Source of the DNA: Erysipelothrix larvae
GTDB taxonomy: Bacteria > Bacillota_I > Bacilli_A > Erysipelotrichales > Erysipelotrichaceae
Length of the DNA: 32,000 bases
Assembly: GCF_001545095.1 (NCBI RefSeq)
Contig: NZ_CP013213.1
Span: 1,680,001 to 1,712,000, forward strand
Direction of reading: 5' to 3'
Position numbers and translations under genes: made by a program. Shown piece after piece: positions 19,816 through 27,899 of the stretch. Below the pieces are notes generated by a model, which had not been told where the DNA came from, searched no databases, and saw nothing but the letters and a program-made list of their open reading frames with translations. Position 1 is the first letter of the stretch. Each line of letters starts with the position of its first letter.

Positions 19816-19926
19816 AGTCATAGCCTCCTGTTTCTACCTTTACTCAGGTTTATCTGAGTGTCACCAATCTTAATGATTGGGCCAATACTAACCCCTAACC
19901 CCTTATATTAACCAACTCCTTTAATG

Positions 19927-20162
19927 CTAGTTTTTGAAGTTCAGCAAATTAAGAACCCATTCAAGATAGGTTTCTTCTTCATAAATGATGCGTGCTTCAA
20001 TTGGCATTGATTTGAAGAGTTTTTTTCTGTGTCTTGTTTACTTGATAATTCTGTACTTTCGATTGACACCATGACTTTATATAATAGAGTATTCCCATCT
20101 GATGTTTCTTGTGAAAGTACTACAGATTCATTGGAGATAAGTTGTCCTGTTATTGTTCCATA
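19927..20162 (-). pseudogene. C-terminal ~75-codon remnant of HlyD-type bacteriocin secretion accessory protein (copy A)
   Basis: YGTITGQLISNESVVLSQETSDGNTLLYKVMVSIESTELSSKQDTEKKLFKSMPIEARIIYEEETYLEWVLNLLNFKN-stop. An in-frame stop lies just upstream. Homologous to 21192-21425. Confidence 0.6.
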
Positions 20163-20214
20163 CTAATTACTGTTTTAACGATCATTGACTTGATAATTGC
20201 GATATCAGGATCAT

Positions 20215-20688
20215 TTATAGTATCGATCTAACTATTCTTGTTAACTTGAAATATTTACGAATCAATCCCACCACGATTACCCATATTGGAAGAAGTAAAA
20301 CCAAAACCCACAACTTCCCTGTAAAGGAAGCACTTAGAATAATTAACGAAACAAAAATACCTACAATAATAGAAAACAAAATCAGACTCAAAAATCCGAA
20401 CCTCCATGAAATCAATTCATAATCTCTTGTACTGATTTCATATGCATATTTAGGGGACACACTAATATTCATATTCTTGTCTATTTTTACTTCCACAGTT
20501 TCATCACAAGGAATGTTGAAAATCTCGATTACAATGGGTGGCTGAAGATCTTCTTGAAGAATCCCACTCATGCAATCTAAAAATATTGACATCACCGATT
20601 TAAACCTATTATTAAAAATTGAGGTTTCTATAAGCAAGTTATTACCATGAATAGAATACTTATAGTTATCTGGCAAGTTAATTTTCAT
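20215..20688 (-). CDS. Hypothetical protein with C-terminal 2-TM region (candidate immunity protein of cassette B)
   Basis: 157-aa ORF. Its AGGAGG RBS overlaps the stop of peptide gene B. It has an ~85-aa soluble N-terminal domain and two C-terminal TM helices. Confidence 0.6.
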   Translation of the reverse strand: MKINLPDNYKYSIHGNNLLIETSIFNNRFKSVMSIFLDCMSGILQEDLQPPIVIEIFNIPCDETVEVKIDKNMNISVSPKYAYEISTRDYELISWRFGFLSLILFSIIVGIFVSLIILSASFTGKLWVLVLLLPIWVIVVGLIRKYFKLTRIVRSIL

Positions 20689-20697
20689 AATCTCCTC

Positions 20698-21080
20698 CTA
20701 AATCACAATTTGGTTATTTATTATATTATCAGTAACATAGTCTAAACCTAATGCAAAAATTCCTCCAACTGAAGTAAAACACCAAGCATTTCCTAATATT
20801 GCGTTTCCAACTTTACCTGACGCAACGTTAATTGTAACTCCCAATGCCCATTTTGCTGCTTTAGGAACTAAACCACTTAATTGAGGTAAATATTGCCTAA
20901 TTAGGCAGATGCAGCTTGCTTTCCCATAAACTTTATTGGAGCAAGATACCAGCAAAAAGGCGTGGCAACCGCATCAATTATTGTCGATACCCACCCTCTA
21001 GAAAACGTTAATCCTTCATCCAAGTACATCATTTCTTCTTGATCTAATTCAACATAATTCATCGGTAGACCTAATTCCAT
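20698..21080 (-). pseudogene. Double-glycine-leader peptide paralog B (frameshifted, GG changed to EG)
   Basis: MELGLPMNYVELDQEEMMYLDEG-LTFSRGWVSTIIDAVATPF, then the frame is lost at a T5 run (plus-strand A5 near 20944-20948). It continues as LLVSCSNKVYG...PKAAKWALGVTINVASGKVGNAILGNAW...NNQIVI. Confidence 0.65.
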
Positions 21081-21191
21081 AGTCATATCCTCCTGTTTCT
21101 ACCTTTACTCAGGTTAACACAAGTCTTACCAATCTTAATGATTGACCCAATACTAACCCCTAACCCCCTATATTAACCACGTCCTTTAATA

Positions 21192-21425
21192 TTAATTTCT
21201 ATAGTTAAGTAAATTAAGAACCCATTCAAGATAGGTTTCTTATTCATAAACAACCCGTGCTTCTATTGGTATTGATTTAGTCAGTTTAACTGTTTCTTTC
21301 TTGCTCGTTAATTCTGTACTTTCGATTGACACCGTGACTTTGTAAAATAGAGCATTCCCATTTGATGTTTCTTGTGAAAGTGTTCCTGAATCAATGGAAA
21401 CAAGTTGTCAAGTTATCGTTCCATA
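21192..21425 (-). pseudogene. C-terminal remnant of HlyD-type accessory protein (copy B, with internal stops)
   Basis: YGTIT-stop-QLVSIDSGTLSQETSNGNALFYKVTVSIESTELTSKKETVKLTKSIPIEARVVYE-stop-ETYLEWVLNLLNYRN. Confidence 0.6.
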
Positions 21426-21700
21426 CTTATTGCTGTTTATACCTGCAATCGCAGGATAGGTTAAATCACTCGTGATATCCTTGATATCAACTCGGACCGC
21501 CCTTACATTCATGTTTAACTTTTCTAGTCCCTCAACAAGTCCTTTTACACTTGTTTTATGTGCATCTGTTTTTATTGACTTCCCGTATCTTCATAATGGG
21601 CATTTTTCTTCTTATACGGTAATAACACAGTTGATATTACAGCTGCTGCGCAATCTGATGCATCATGTTGGTTTGTATTCTTATACTTTTTAAAACTCAT
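21426..21700 (-). pseudogene. N-terminal C39 peptidase domain remnant of a bacteriocin-processing ABC transporter
   Basis: MSFKKYKNTNQHDASDCAAAVISTVLL (the Q-x4-DC catalytic-Cys motif). After at least 2 frameshifts it reads MPIMKIREV / IKTDAHKTSVKGLVEGLEKLNMNVRAVRVDIKDITSDLTYPAIAG. It is fused directly to the accessory-protein tail. Confidence 0.65.
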
Positions 21701-22009
21701 ATATCCCCTTGTCACATTTTAATGTTATTCAAAAATAATTAGTTGAATTCAAATAAGATAAACTCAATATATTTAATATCCATATGTTTAAATTCACGTT
21801 TATAACATGTCTTTATTAAATACCATCGATACCCTAAAATTGATATCAATATACTAATGATATATATTTTATATGGATATAATTCTACTTATTTTTATCA
21901 TAGTTGAAAGATTTTACTAGATTTTGCCAAAATGAATAACGCCATATAAATAAGAATAACACATATATAATTGCATTAACTATTGGGTTCATTTCATAGA
22001 GTTGAATTT

Positions 22010-22306
22010 TTAGTACGGTATAAATAAGCTCTTTTTCAATCTATTTTGATCAATGAAGTATTGAAGGTTGTTCATGAAAATCACATGCTTATTACAATCC
22101 AAACATTTAGTCCTTTGTTTGTTTTTTTTTGTGGTGTTAGACCTTGTTTTAAAAGTATGAGTTCCTTCGTAGTGACAGCATATGAATTTTCCTTTATCAT
22201 CTGTTGTTTTATCTATGATTTTCTCGCTTAATAGTGCTTGATAAATTCTACCAATTAGCTCTAGTTTAATCTTTTGACTCTTATTAAGCCATTGTTTTAA
22301 TATCAT
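22010..22306 (-). CDS. Hypothetical zinc-ribbon protein (possibly a transposase N-terminal fragment)
   Basis: 98-aa ORF with a CC-x...-CxxC spacing (FICCHYEG...KCLDCNKH) and a Lys-rich linker. No further motif recognised. Confidence 0.35.
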   Translation of the reverse strand: MILKQWLNKSQKIKLELIGRIYQALLSEKIIDKTTDDKGKFICCHYEGTHTFKTRSNTTKKNKQRTKCLDCNKHVIFMNNLQYFIDQNRLKKSLFIPY

Positions 22307-22346
22307 TCATTGTGACCCACCTACAGGTTGTATAGGTACTAAAGTA

Positions 22347-22921
22347 TCATAAGAATACGACAGTCCTCGTCATCAACTAAGATTAACTACACTCGACAAA
22401 CCTCGTATGGAGTATCTATGTATGTCTTGGACATTCAATATGACAAAGAAGGAAACATTATTCCTAAAGTCTTAAAATTAAACCGCGAAGTTATTGAAGA
22501 AGAATCAAAGCATGATGGTTACGATTCTATTGTAACCAGTGAGATTGAAATGGAAACTCAAGAGATCATTGACGCATACCGAGGATTAGCGAAAATTGAG
22601 GATTCATTCAAAGTCTTGAAATTTGAATTTAAAGCGCGTCCAGTTTATCTTTCCAATAAAGAGCGAATTGCAAGTCATTTCCTAATCTGTGTTATCTCTT
22701 TAGTAATTATGCGCCTAATTGAAACTTTACTTGGAGATACATACTCGACGCAACGAATCGCAAACTCACTAAACAAATATCAAGCACATCCTTTTGAAGA
22801 TAACATCTATTTGCTCAATTATTATGATGAAGTACTTGGGTGTTTATCGAAGATTTATACCATAGATTTAAATAAGAAATATCAAGAAAGAAACGAATTA
22901 AAAAATATTTTCAAAATCTAA
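22347..22921 (+). pseudogene. IS1634-family transposase, C-terminal ~190 codons
   Basis: ...HDGYDSIVTSEIEMETQEIIDAYRGLAKIEDSFKVLKFEFKARPVYLSNKERIASHFLICVISLVIMRLIE. This is the typical IS4/IS1634 C-terminal Y-R-E/K region. The frame is open from 22347 and the first ATG is at 22418. Confidence 0.7.
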
Positions 22922-23029
22922 AAAGTTGTCCCTAATATGGAACAACATTTTATTACAAATAAAGCATCAAGTATCTACTATTTAAAGGGATACTTGATGC
23001 TTTTATACTTTATTACTGTCAAACTAAAG

Positions 23030-23107
23030 ATACCAAATTTTACTACGTCTACCAAGGTGAACAAGTTGTCTTGACACAGTTTTCACGCAACCATTTATTG
23101 TTCCTAT
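23030..23107. repeat. Right copy of ~77-bp direct repeat flanking the IS1634-like element
   Basis: Aligns with 14822-14898. It starts 4 nt outside the right IR. Confidence 0.8.
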
Positions 23108-23113
23108 AACGCG

Positions 23114-23147
23114 AAAAAAAGCAGGGTTACTGAATTGTATACCCTGC
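23114..23147 (-). terminator. Rho-independent terminator of the cop operon
   Basis: gcagggt...accctgc 7-bp stem that includes the copZ stop codon, followed on the minus strand by T7. Confidence 0.65.
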
Positions 23148-23321
23148 ATTGCGAATTGCATTTTTTGCGGCATGAATCGCGTCATTGTCGCCACTTACTG
23201 ATACTGTTTTGTTTTCTAAACTAATTTCGTAGTCAACACGTGTGTTATCAAGTTCTTCAGAAATGTGTTTCACACAATTTTGACACTTCATATCAGGCAC
23301 AAACAATATATGTTTTTTCAT
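23127..23321 (-). CDS. copZ: Copper chaperone CopZ (HMA domain)
   Basis: 64 aa with MKCQNCV (MxCxxC) metal-binding motif, immediately downstream of copA. Confidence 0.88.
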   Translation of the reverse strand: MKKHILFVPDMKCQNCVKHISEELDNTRVDYEISLENKTVSVSGDNDAIHAAKNAIRNAGYTIQ

Positions 23322-23334
23322 ATTTGATTACCTC

Positions 23335-25779
23335 CTATTTCATTTTAAACTTAAATCGTCTTAAACGCAACGCATTTAACACTACAGATACAGAACTGAA
23401 TGCCATTGCTGCTCCAGCAATCATTGGGTCTAATAATGGACCATCAAATAAAGCATAAATCACACCCGCAGCTACTGGAATACATACAACATTATATAAG
23501 AATGCCCAAAATAGGTTCTCTTTAATGTTTCGTAAGGTTTTCTTACTGAGTTTAATTGCACCCGATACACCATGTAAATCATCGCGCATTAAGACAATGT
23601 TTGAGGATTCTACTGCAACATCCGTTCCGGTTCCAATTGCAACACCAATGTCTGCTTGAACTAAAGCGACTGCATCATTGATTCCATCCCCTACCATCAT
23701 TACCGTTTTATTGCCTTCTTGGAGTTTTTTTATGTGTTCTGATTTTTCTTCAGGCAAGACTTGTGCTATCACATGACTTAGACCCAGTTGTTTTGATATA
23801 GCTTGTGCTGATTTAGGATGATCGCCTGTAAGCATGACAACATCGATGTTCATATCTTTAAGTTCTTGAATCACATCCACAGCTTCTTCTTTGATTGAGT
23901 CTGAAACGCCTATAAGGCCTAATAAGGTTCCATCATAAGCAACATACATTGCGGTTTTCCCTTCACTTGAAATGGCATTTGCGCGTTCTTCATCATAAGC
24001 TACTTGGGCGAAGTCCATCAGTTTTGCATTTCCAATATATGCGTTTTTACCCTTTATTTTTGCACTCAATCCCATACCATGATGTTCAAAGTATTGGTCG
24101 GTTGGCAATAATTGAATGTCATCCGATGTTGTTTTATCAATGATTGCTTTGCCTAAAGGGTGTGTTGAATTTGATTCAAGCGATGCTGCAATTTGAAGCA
24201 TCAGTGCTTTGTGGTCGGATTCAACATCACTGACACTTGGTTTTCCATGTGTGAGTGTTCCTGTTTTATCAAACACTACAACATTGGTTTTTGCGGCAAG
24301 CTCAAGACTTTCAGATGATTTAATAAAGACACCATGGCTTGCGCCAACTCCGGTTCCTACCATGATTGCTGTTGGGGTTGCCAAGCCAAGTGCACACGGA
24401 CATGCAATGACAAGCACGGTTACAAAAATGGTAAGACTAAATTCAAGATCACCAGTGGTAATATACCATAGGATTCCAGCCACAGTCGCAATCACCATGA
24501 CAACGGGCACAAAAACTCCAGCAATCATATCTGCGAATTGGGCGATGGGTGCTTTTTCTGTTTGGGCCTTTTCAACAAGACGAATAATTTGGGCTAATTT
24601 TGTGTCTTTGTTTGTGACACTTGCTTTAATTACAAGGCTTCCATTGACGTTTAAGGTTCCCATCGTGACATTACTGTCAATTTCTTTGTCGACTGGTAAG
24701 CTTTCACCTGTAAGCATGGATTCATCCACACTGGATCGCCCTTCAATCACAATTCCATCCATTGGAATGGATTCTCCAGGTTTAACACGCAGGATATCAT
24801 TCACGCGAATCTCATCTGCATCAATCACTTTTTCTTCACCATCAACGATTAAGATCGCGGTTTTTGGTTTTAAGTTTAAGAGTGCTTTGATAGCTGAGGT
24901 GGTTTTTACTTTAGAAATATCTTCCATCAAACGACCAAGACCCACTAATGCAAGTACAACAGCTACTGTTTCATAGTAAAGGTGCATTGCAAAGTGTGTG
25001 TCTCCCATGAAAACACGTACTGAACCATATAGACTGTAGGTAAAGGCACTTAATGTCCCTACCGCAACCAATGAATCCATATTTGGTGCTCGATTCAAGA
25101 GCGCTTTAAAGCCCTTAATTAGTGTATGACGATAGATTCCCATCACAATAACTGCTACCACAAACTGAAAAATCACAAAAATGTATGGATGTTTCATGTG
25201 GTCTAAAAATGCTGGTATGGGTAGATTTGCAAATAACATCGGTCCCATTACAACATAAAGCATGATTGCGCCAAGAACAAGTGACACGATGACGCTGTTT
25301 CGATGTTTAATGATTTCCTTTGTCTTTTCATCTTTATCATCTTGAAAGATATCTTCTTTGTCCGATGGTGTATAGCCACTTCTTGTGATTGCATCATAGA
25401 TTTCAAACTTACGAACTTTCTGTGGATCATAGTCAACATGTGCTGAGTTTGACAACAGGTTAACACTGATAGACTCAACACCTTCGAGTTTCTGAACTGC
25501 TTTTTCAACATGTGCCACACATGAAGCACAACTCATCCCTTCAACATTCAGGTCCAGTGATTCCACTTCCTGTGGACGTTTTACCTCATAACCACTTTTA
25601 TGGACTGCTTTGATGATATCCTCAGTTTTATCATCACCTTCAAATTCAACATGTGCTTTATTTGTTAAGAGATTGACGGATACATTCTTAACACCAGGTA
25701 CACCTTCAATCGCTTTTGTAACATGACTCACACACGAGGCACAACTCATGCCTTCTACATCATAATTTCTTTCACTCAT
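23335..25779 (-). CDS. copA: Copper-translocating P1B-type ATPase
   Basis: Two N-terminal HMA domains (GMSCASCV twice), CPC in TM6 (IACPCALGLATP), DKTGTLT, HP and GDGINDA motifs. Confidence 0.96.
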   Translation of the reverse strand: MSERNYDVEGMSCASCVSHVTKAIEGVPGVKNVSVNLLTNKAHVEFEGDDKTEDIIKAVHKSGYEVKRPQEVESLDLNVEGMSCASCVAHVEKAVQKLEGVESISVNLLSNSAHVDYDPQKVRKFEIYDAITRSGYTPSDKEDIFQDDKDEKTKEIIKHRNSVIVSLVLGAIMLYVVMGPMLFANLPIPAFLDHMKHPYIFVIFQFVVAVIVMGIYRHTLIKGFKALLNRAPNMDSLVAVGTLSAFTYSLYGSVRVFMGDTHFAMHLYYETVAVVLALVGLGRLMEDISKVKTTSAIKALLNLKPKTAILIVDGEEKVIDADEIRVNDILRVKPGESIPMDGIVIEGRSSVDESMLTGESLPVDKEIDSNVTMGTLNVNGSLVIKASVTNKDTKLAQIIRLVEKAQTEKAPIAQFADMIAGVFVPVVMVIATVAGILWYITTGDLEFSLTIFVTVLVIACPCALGLATPTAIMVGTGVGASHGVFIKSSESLELAAKTNVVVFDKTGTLTHGKPSVSDVESDHKALMLQIAASLESNSTHPLGKAIIDKTTSDDIQLLPTDQYFEHHGMGLSAKIKGKNAYIGNAKLMDFAQVAYDEERANAISSEGKTAMYVAYDGTLLGLIGVSDSIKEEAVDVIQELKDMNIDVVMLTGDHPKSAQAISKQLGLSHVIAQVLPEEKSEHIKKLQEGNKTVMMVGDGINDAVALVQADIGVAIGTGTDVAVESSNIVLMRDDLHGVSGAIKLSKKTLRNIKENLFWAFLYNVVCIPVAAGVIYALFDGPLLDPMIAGAAMAFSSVSVVLNALRLRRFKFKMK

Positions 25780-25791
25780 ACCTTCACCCTC

Positions 25792-26052
25792 TTATCCAAT
25801 CATTTTATTAACTAACTTTAGAACCTCATCGATTTTTGCTTCACCTTGATCAGTTTCAAAGGCTTCTACGACACAATTTGTCATGTGTTGTTTCAACATT
25901 TTTTCGTTTGCTTTTTTAAGTAAAGCAATTGATGCAAGAATTTGATGCGATACATCCACACAGTATCGTTCTTCATCAAGCATTGAAATTGCTGCATTCA
26001 ATTGCCCTTGAGCAGTCTTAAGATATTTCATTGCTTCTTTCTTTTCATTCAT
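25792..26052 (-). CDS. csoR: CsoR-family copper-sensing repressor
   Basis: 86 aa, all-helical, with the DUF156/CsoR pattern and C...H...C ligands (YCVDVSHQILA...TNCV). It is the first gene of the cop operon. Confidence 0.85.
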   Translation of the reverse strand: MNEKKEAMKYLKTAQGQLNAAISMLDEERYCVDVSHQILASIALLKKANEKMLKQHMTNCVVEAFETDQGEAKIDEVLKLVNKMIG

Positions 26053-26064
26053 AAGAACCCTCCT

Positions 26065-26080
26065 CCCCCTATGTAGGGGG
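26065..26080 (-). promoter_or_regulatory. Candidate CsoR operator
   Basis: GC-rich inverted repeat CCCCCTA-TG-TAGGGGG sitting between the putative promoter and the csoR RBS. It resembles known CsoR boxes (G/C tracts flanking an AT core). Confidence 0.6.
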
Positions 26081-26105
26081 TGTATAGTCTTAGTATAAAG
26101 GATTG

Positions 26106-26127
26106 GATAAAAAAAGGCAACGCCTTT
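26106..26127 (-). terminator. Weak terminator after the atypical regulator gene
   Basis: aaaggc-gtt-gccttt followed by T7 on the minus strand. The stem is only 6 bp. Confidence 0.35.
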
Positions 26128-26134
26128 GCATCAC

Positions 26135-26836
26135 CTATTCCTTCCACTTATACCCAACCCCACGCACTGTTACTAGGTTTTTTCGTCCTAATTTATCTCT
26201 TAGCCGTTTAATATGGACATCGACCGTACGTCCTTCATCCTTCTCTGAAATACTTGTATCGTTGAGTGCACGAATGATCTCATGGCGTGATAAAACACGG
26301 TTTTTGTTTCGTATAAAGAACTCTAGAAATTCAAATTCACGGATTGTAAGTGAAATCTCTTGTCCTTCTTTTGTGACAGTATGACTGTGAACATTAAGAC
26401 AAACACCGTCCGATTCAATGTAACGGGTCCCTAAGTTACGGATTGTCATAGTACGTTTGATTTTTTCCCAATTCAGGGTTTCACTGCGGCTTAGGTCAAC
26501 AATCGTATCAACTTTTGCAGTGAGTGCATTCATTTCTAGTGTGTCCTTGACCTGTGATGTACACAAAATGGTACAGATATACGGACGAACTGCTTTGATT
26601 GCGCCAAGCATTTGTACACCTTTCATAAACTCTAGGTCATCATAGGCAATGACTAAAGTTACTGAATGATTAATACAATATGCAATGGCATCGAGAGGGT
26701 CTTTTAGCCGATGGACATCATAGGATGTGTGCGATAATTTATGGTAAATGCGATTCATGCCTTCACAGGCACCGTATACGGTTAGTATCAACAGGGGTAT
26801 CTCCTTTATGTTTAAATCTCGAGTCATTTTATGCAT
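26135..26836 (-). CDS. Orphan OmpR-type winged-helix regulator with degenerate receiver domain
   Basis: The C-terminus is a clear trans_reg_C domain (LTIREFEFLEFFIRNKNRVLSRHEI...VDVHIKRLRDKL...VRGVGYKW). The N-terminal domain lacks the DD acidic pair (LLILTVYGA) and the conserved Lys. The start is uncertain (26836 or 26827). Confidence 0.75.
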   Translation of the reverse strand: MHKMTRDLNIKEIPLLILTVYGACEGMNRIYHKLSHTSYDVHRLKDPLDAIAYCINHSVTLVIAYDDLEFMKGVQMLGAIKAVRPYICTILCTSQVKDTLEMNALTAKVDTIVDLSRSETLNWEKIKRTMTIRNLGTRYIESDGVCLNVHSHTVTKEGQEISLTIREFEFLEFFIRNKNRVLSRHEIIRALNDTSISEKDEGRTVDVHIKRLRDKLGRKNLVTVRGVGYKWKE

Positions 26837-26991
26837 GGGTAATTCGTATGAGTCTATTCATAAATAAGCGAGCATTGATATATTTCCTTAATAAATTTTA
26901 AAAATATGTCAAATTTATTTTTAATAATTAATCAACCCTATAGATATTAGTGGGACTGTTAAGAGTACTACCTAGATCTTTATGTTCCCAC

Positions 26992-27037
26992 AAAAAAACC
27001 AAAGGATTCAACAAGCAAGAAATCGAACCCTTTGGTT
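26992..27037 (-). terminator. Rho-independent terminator of deoD
   Basis: aaccaaagg...cctttggtt 9-bp stem followed by T7 on the minus strand, ~15 nt after the deoD stop. Confidence 0.6.
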
Positions 27038-27051
27038 AATATTTTAAATAA

Positions 27052-27768
27052 TTATGCGTTACTGATCGCAGCTTCAAGTGCAATCTTCATCATGTTAGTG
27101 AATGAATTTTGACGTTCTTCTGCAGTTGTCACTTCTTCAGTTACAAATGAATCTGAAATAGTTAAAAGACATGCTGCTTCTTTATTTAGATTTTTTGCAT
27201 TCGCAAACAATGCAAAACTTTCCATTTCTACACAAAGAACACCGTGATTATCACGAAGATCTTCGTATGTTACCCCAGAATCGCGATAGAATACATCACT
27301 TGAATGTACCCGTCCTTCAATAACAGGAATATTGAGTGCTGTCGATGCTTCTAGAATGCGTTTGTTTAGTGATTCACTTGGTTCAAGTGTATCTTGTTGG
27401 TATCCAAATGCGACCTTCGCAAAGGATGACTCACTGAATGCACTGTTTGCAAGCACAACATCGTAAACATGTGCTTTGTCTGAGTATGACCCAGCAGATC
27501 CAATACGAATAATTGATTCAACATCGTATTGTGAATATAATTCATATGAATAAATTCCGATACTTGGTTGTCCCATTCCTGAACCCATTACTGTAATTGG
27601 GTGCCCTTTGTATGTTCCTGTAAAGGCGAACATATTACGAACATCATTCACTTGTTTTACATCTTCTAAAAATGTTTCTGCAATGAACTTTGCGCGAAGT
27701 GGATCTCCAGGCATTAATACTACTTTTGCAATTTGCCCTTTTTCTGCATTAATATGTGGTGTTGCCAT
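27052..27768 (-). CDS. deoD: Purine nucleoside phosphorylase, DeoD type
   Basis: MATPHINAEKGQIAKVVLMPGDPLRAKFIAETFLEDV... and VEMESFALF are canonical for the hexameric PNP. Confidence 0.95.
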   Translation of the reverse strand: MATPHINAEKGQIAKVVLMPGDPLRAKFIAETFLEDVKQVNDVRNMFAFTGTYKGHPITVMGSGMGQPSIGIYSYELYSQYDVESIIRIGSAGSYSDKAHVYDVVLANSAFSESSFAKVAFGYQQDTLEPSESLNKRILEASTALNIPVIEGRVHSSDVFYRDSGVTYEDLRDNHGVLCVEMESFALFANAKNLNKEAACLLTISDSFVTEEVTTAEERQNSFTNMMKIALEAAISNA

Positions 27769-27899
27769 GCTTATTCCTCCTTAAGCTACCCTTTAATTAT
27801 AACCGATTTAACAATAAAATACATGTGATATATTTGTGAGTCTTTAATCGAGTCGTAAGCATGTCCTAACAAAAGCATCAATGATTCCCATTCAAACAA

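Larger units (their letters stand above)
14900..23025 (+). mobile_element. IS1634-family element, disrupted, with internal ~6.7 kb of foreign cargo
   Basis: Terminal inverted repeats AGTTTGACAG (14900-14909) and CTGTCAAACT (23016-23025). Transposase N- and C-terminal fragments lie just inside the two ends. Long direct repeats lie immediately outside. Confidence 0.75.

Noticed and set aside
21472-21693. 73-aa plus-strand ORF
   Set aside because: It is antisense to the C39 peptidase pseudogene, whose motif-bearing translation is on the minus strand.
24209-24976. 255-aa plus-strand ORF inside copA, and the smaller ORFs 23949-24143 and 25248-25529
   Set aside because: They lie antisense or out of frame to a canonical P-type ATPase. 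The Ser/Thr/Pro-rich composition is typical of reverse-strand translation of a membrane protein gene.
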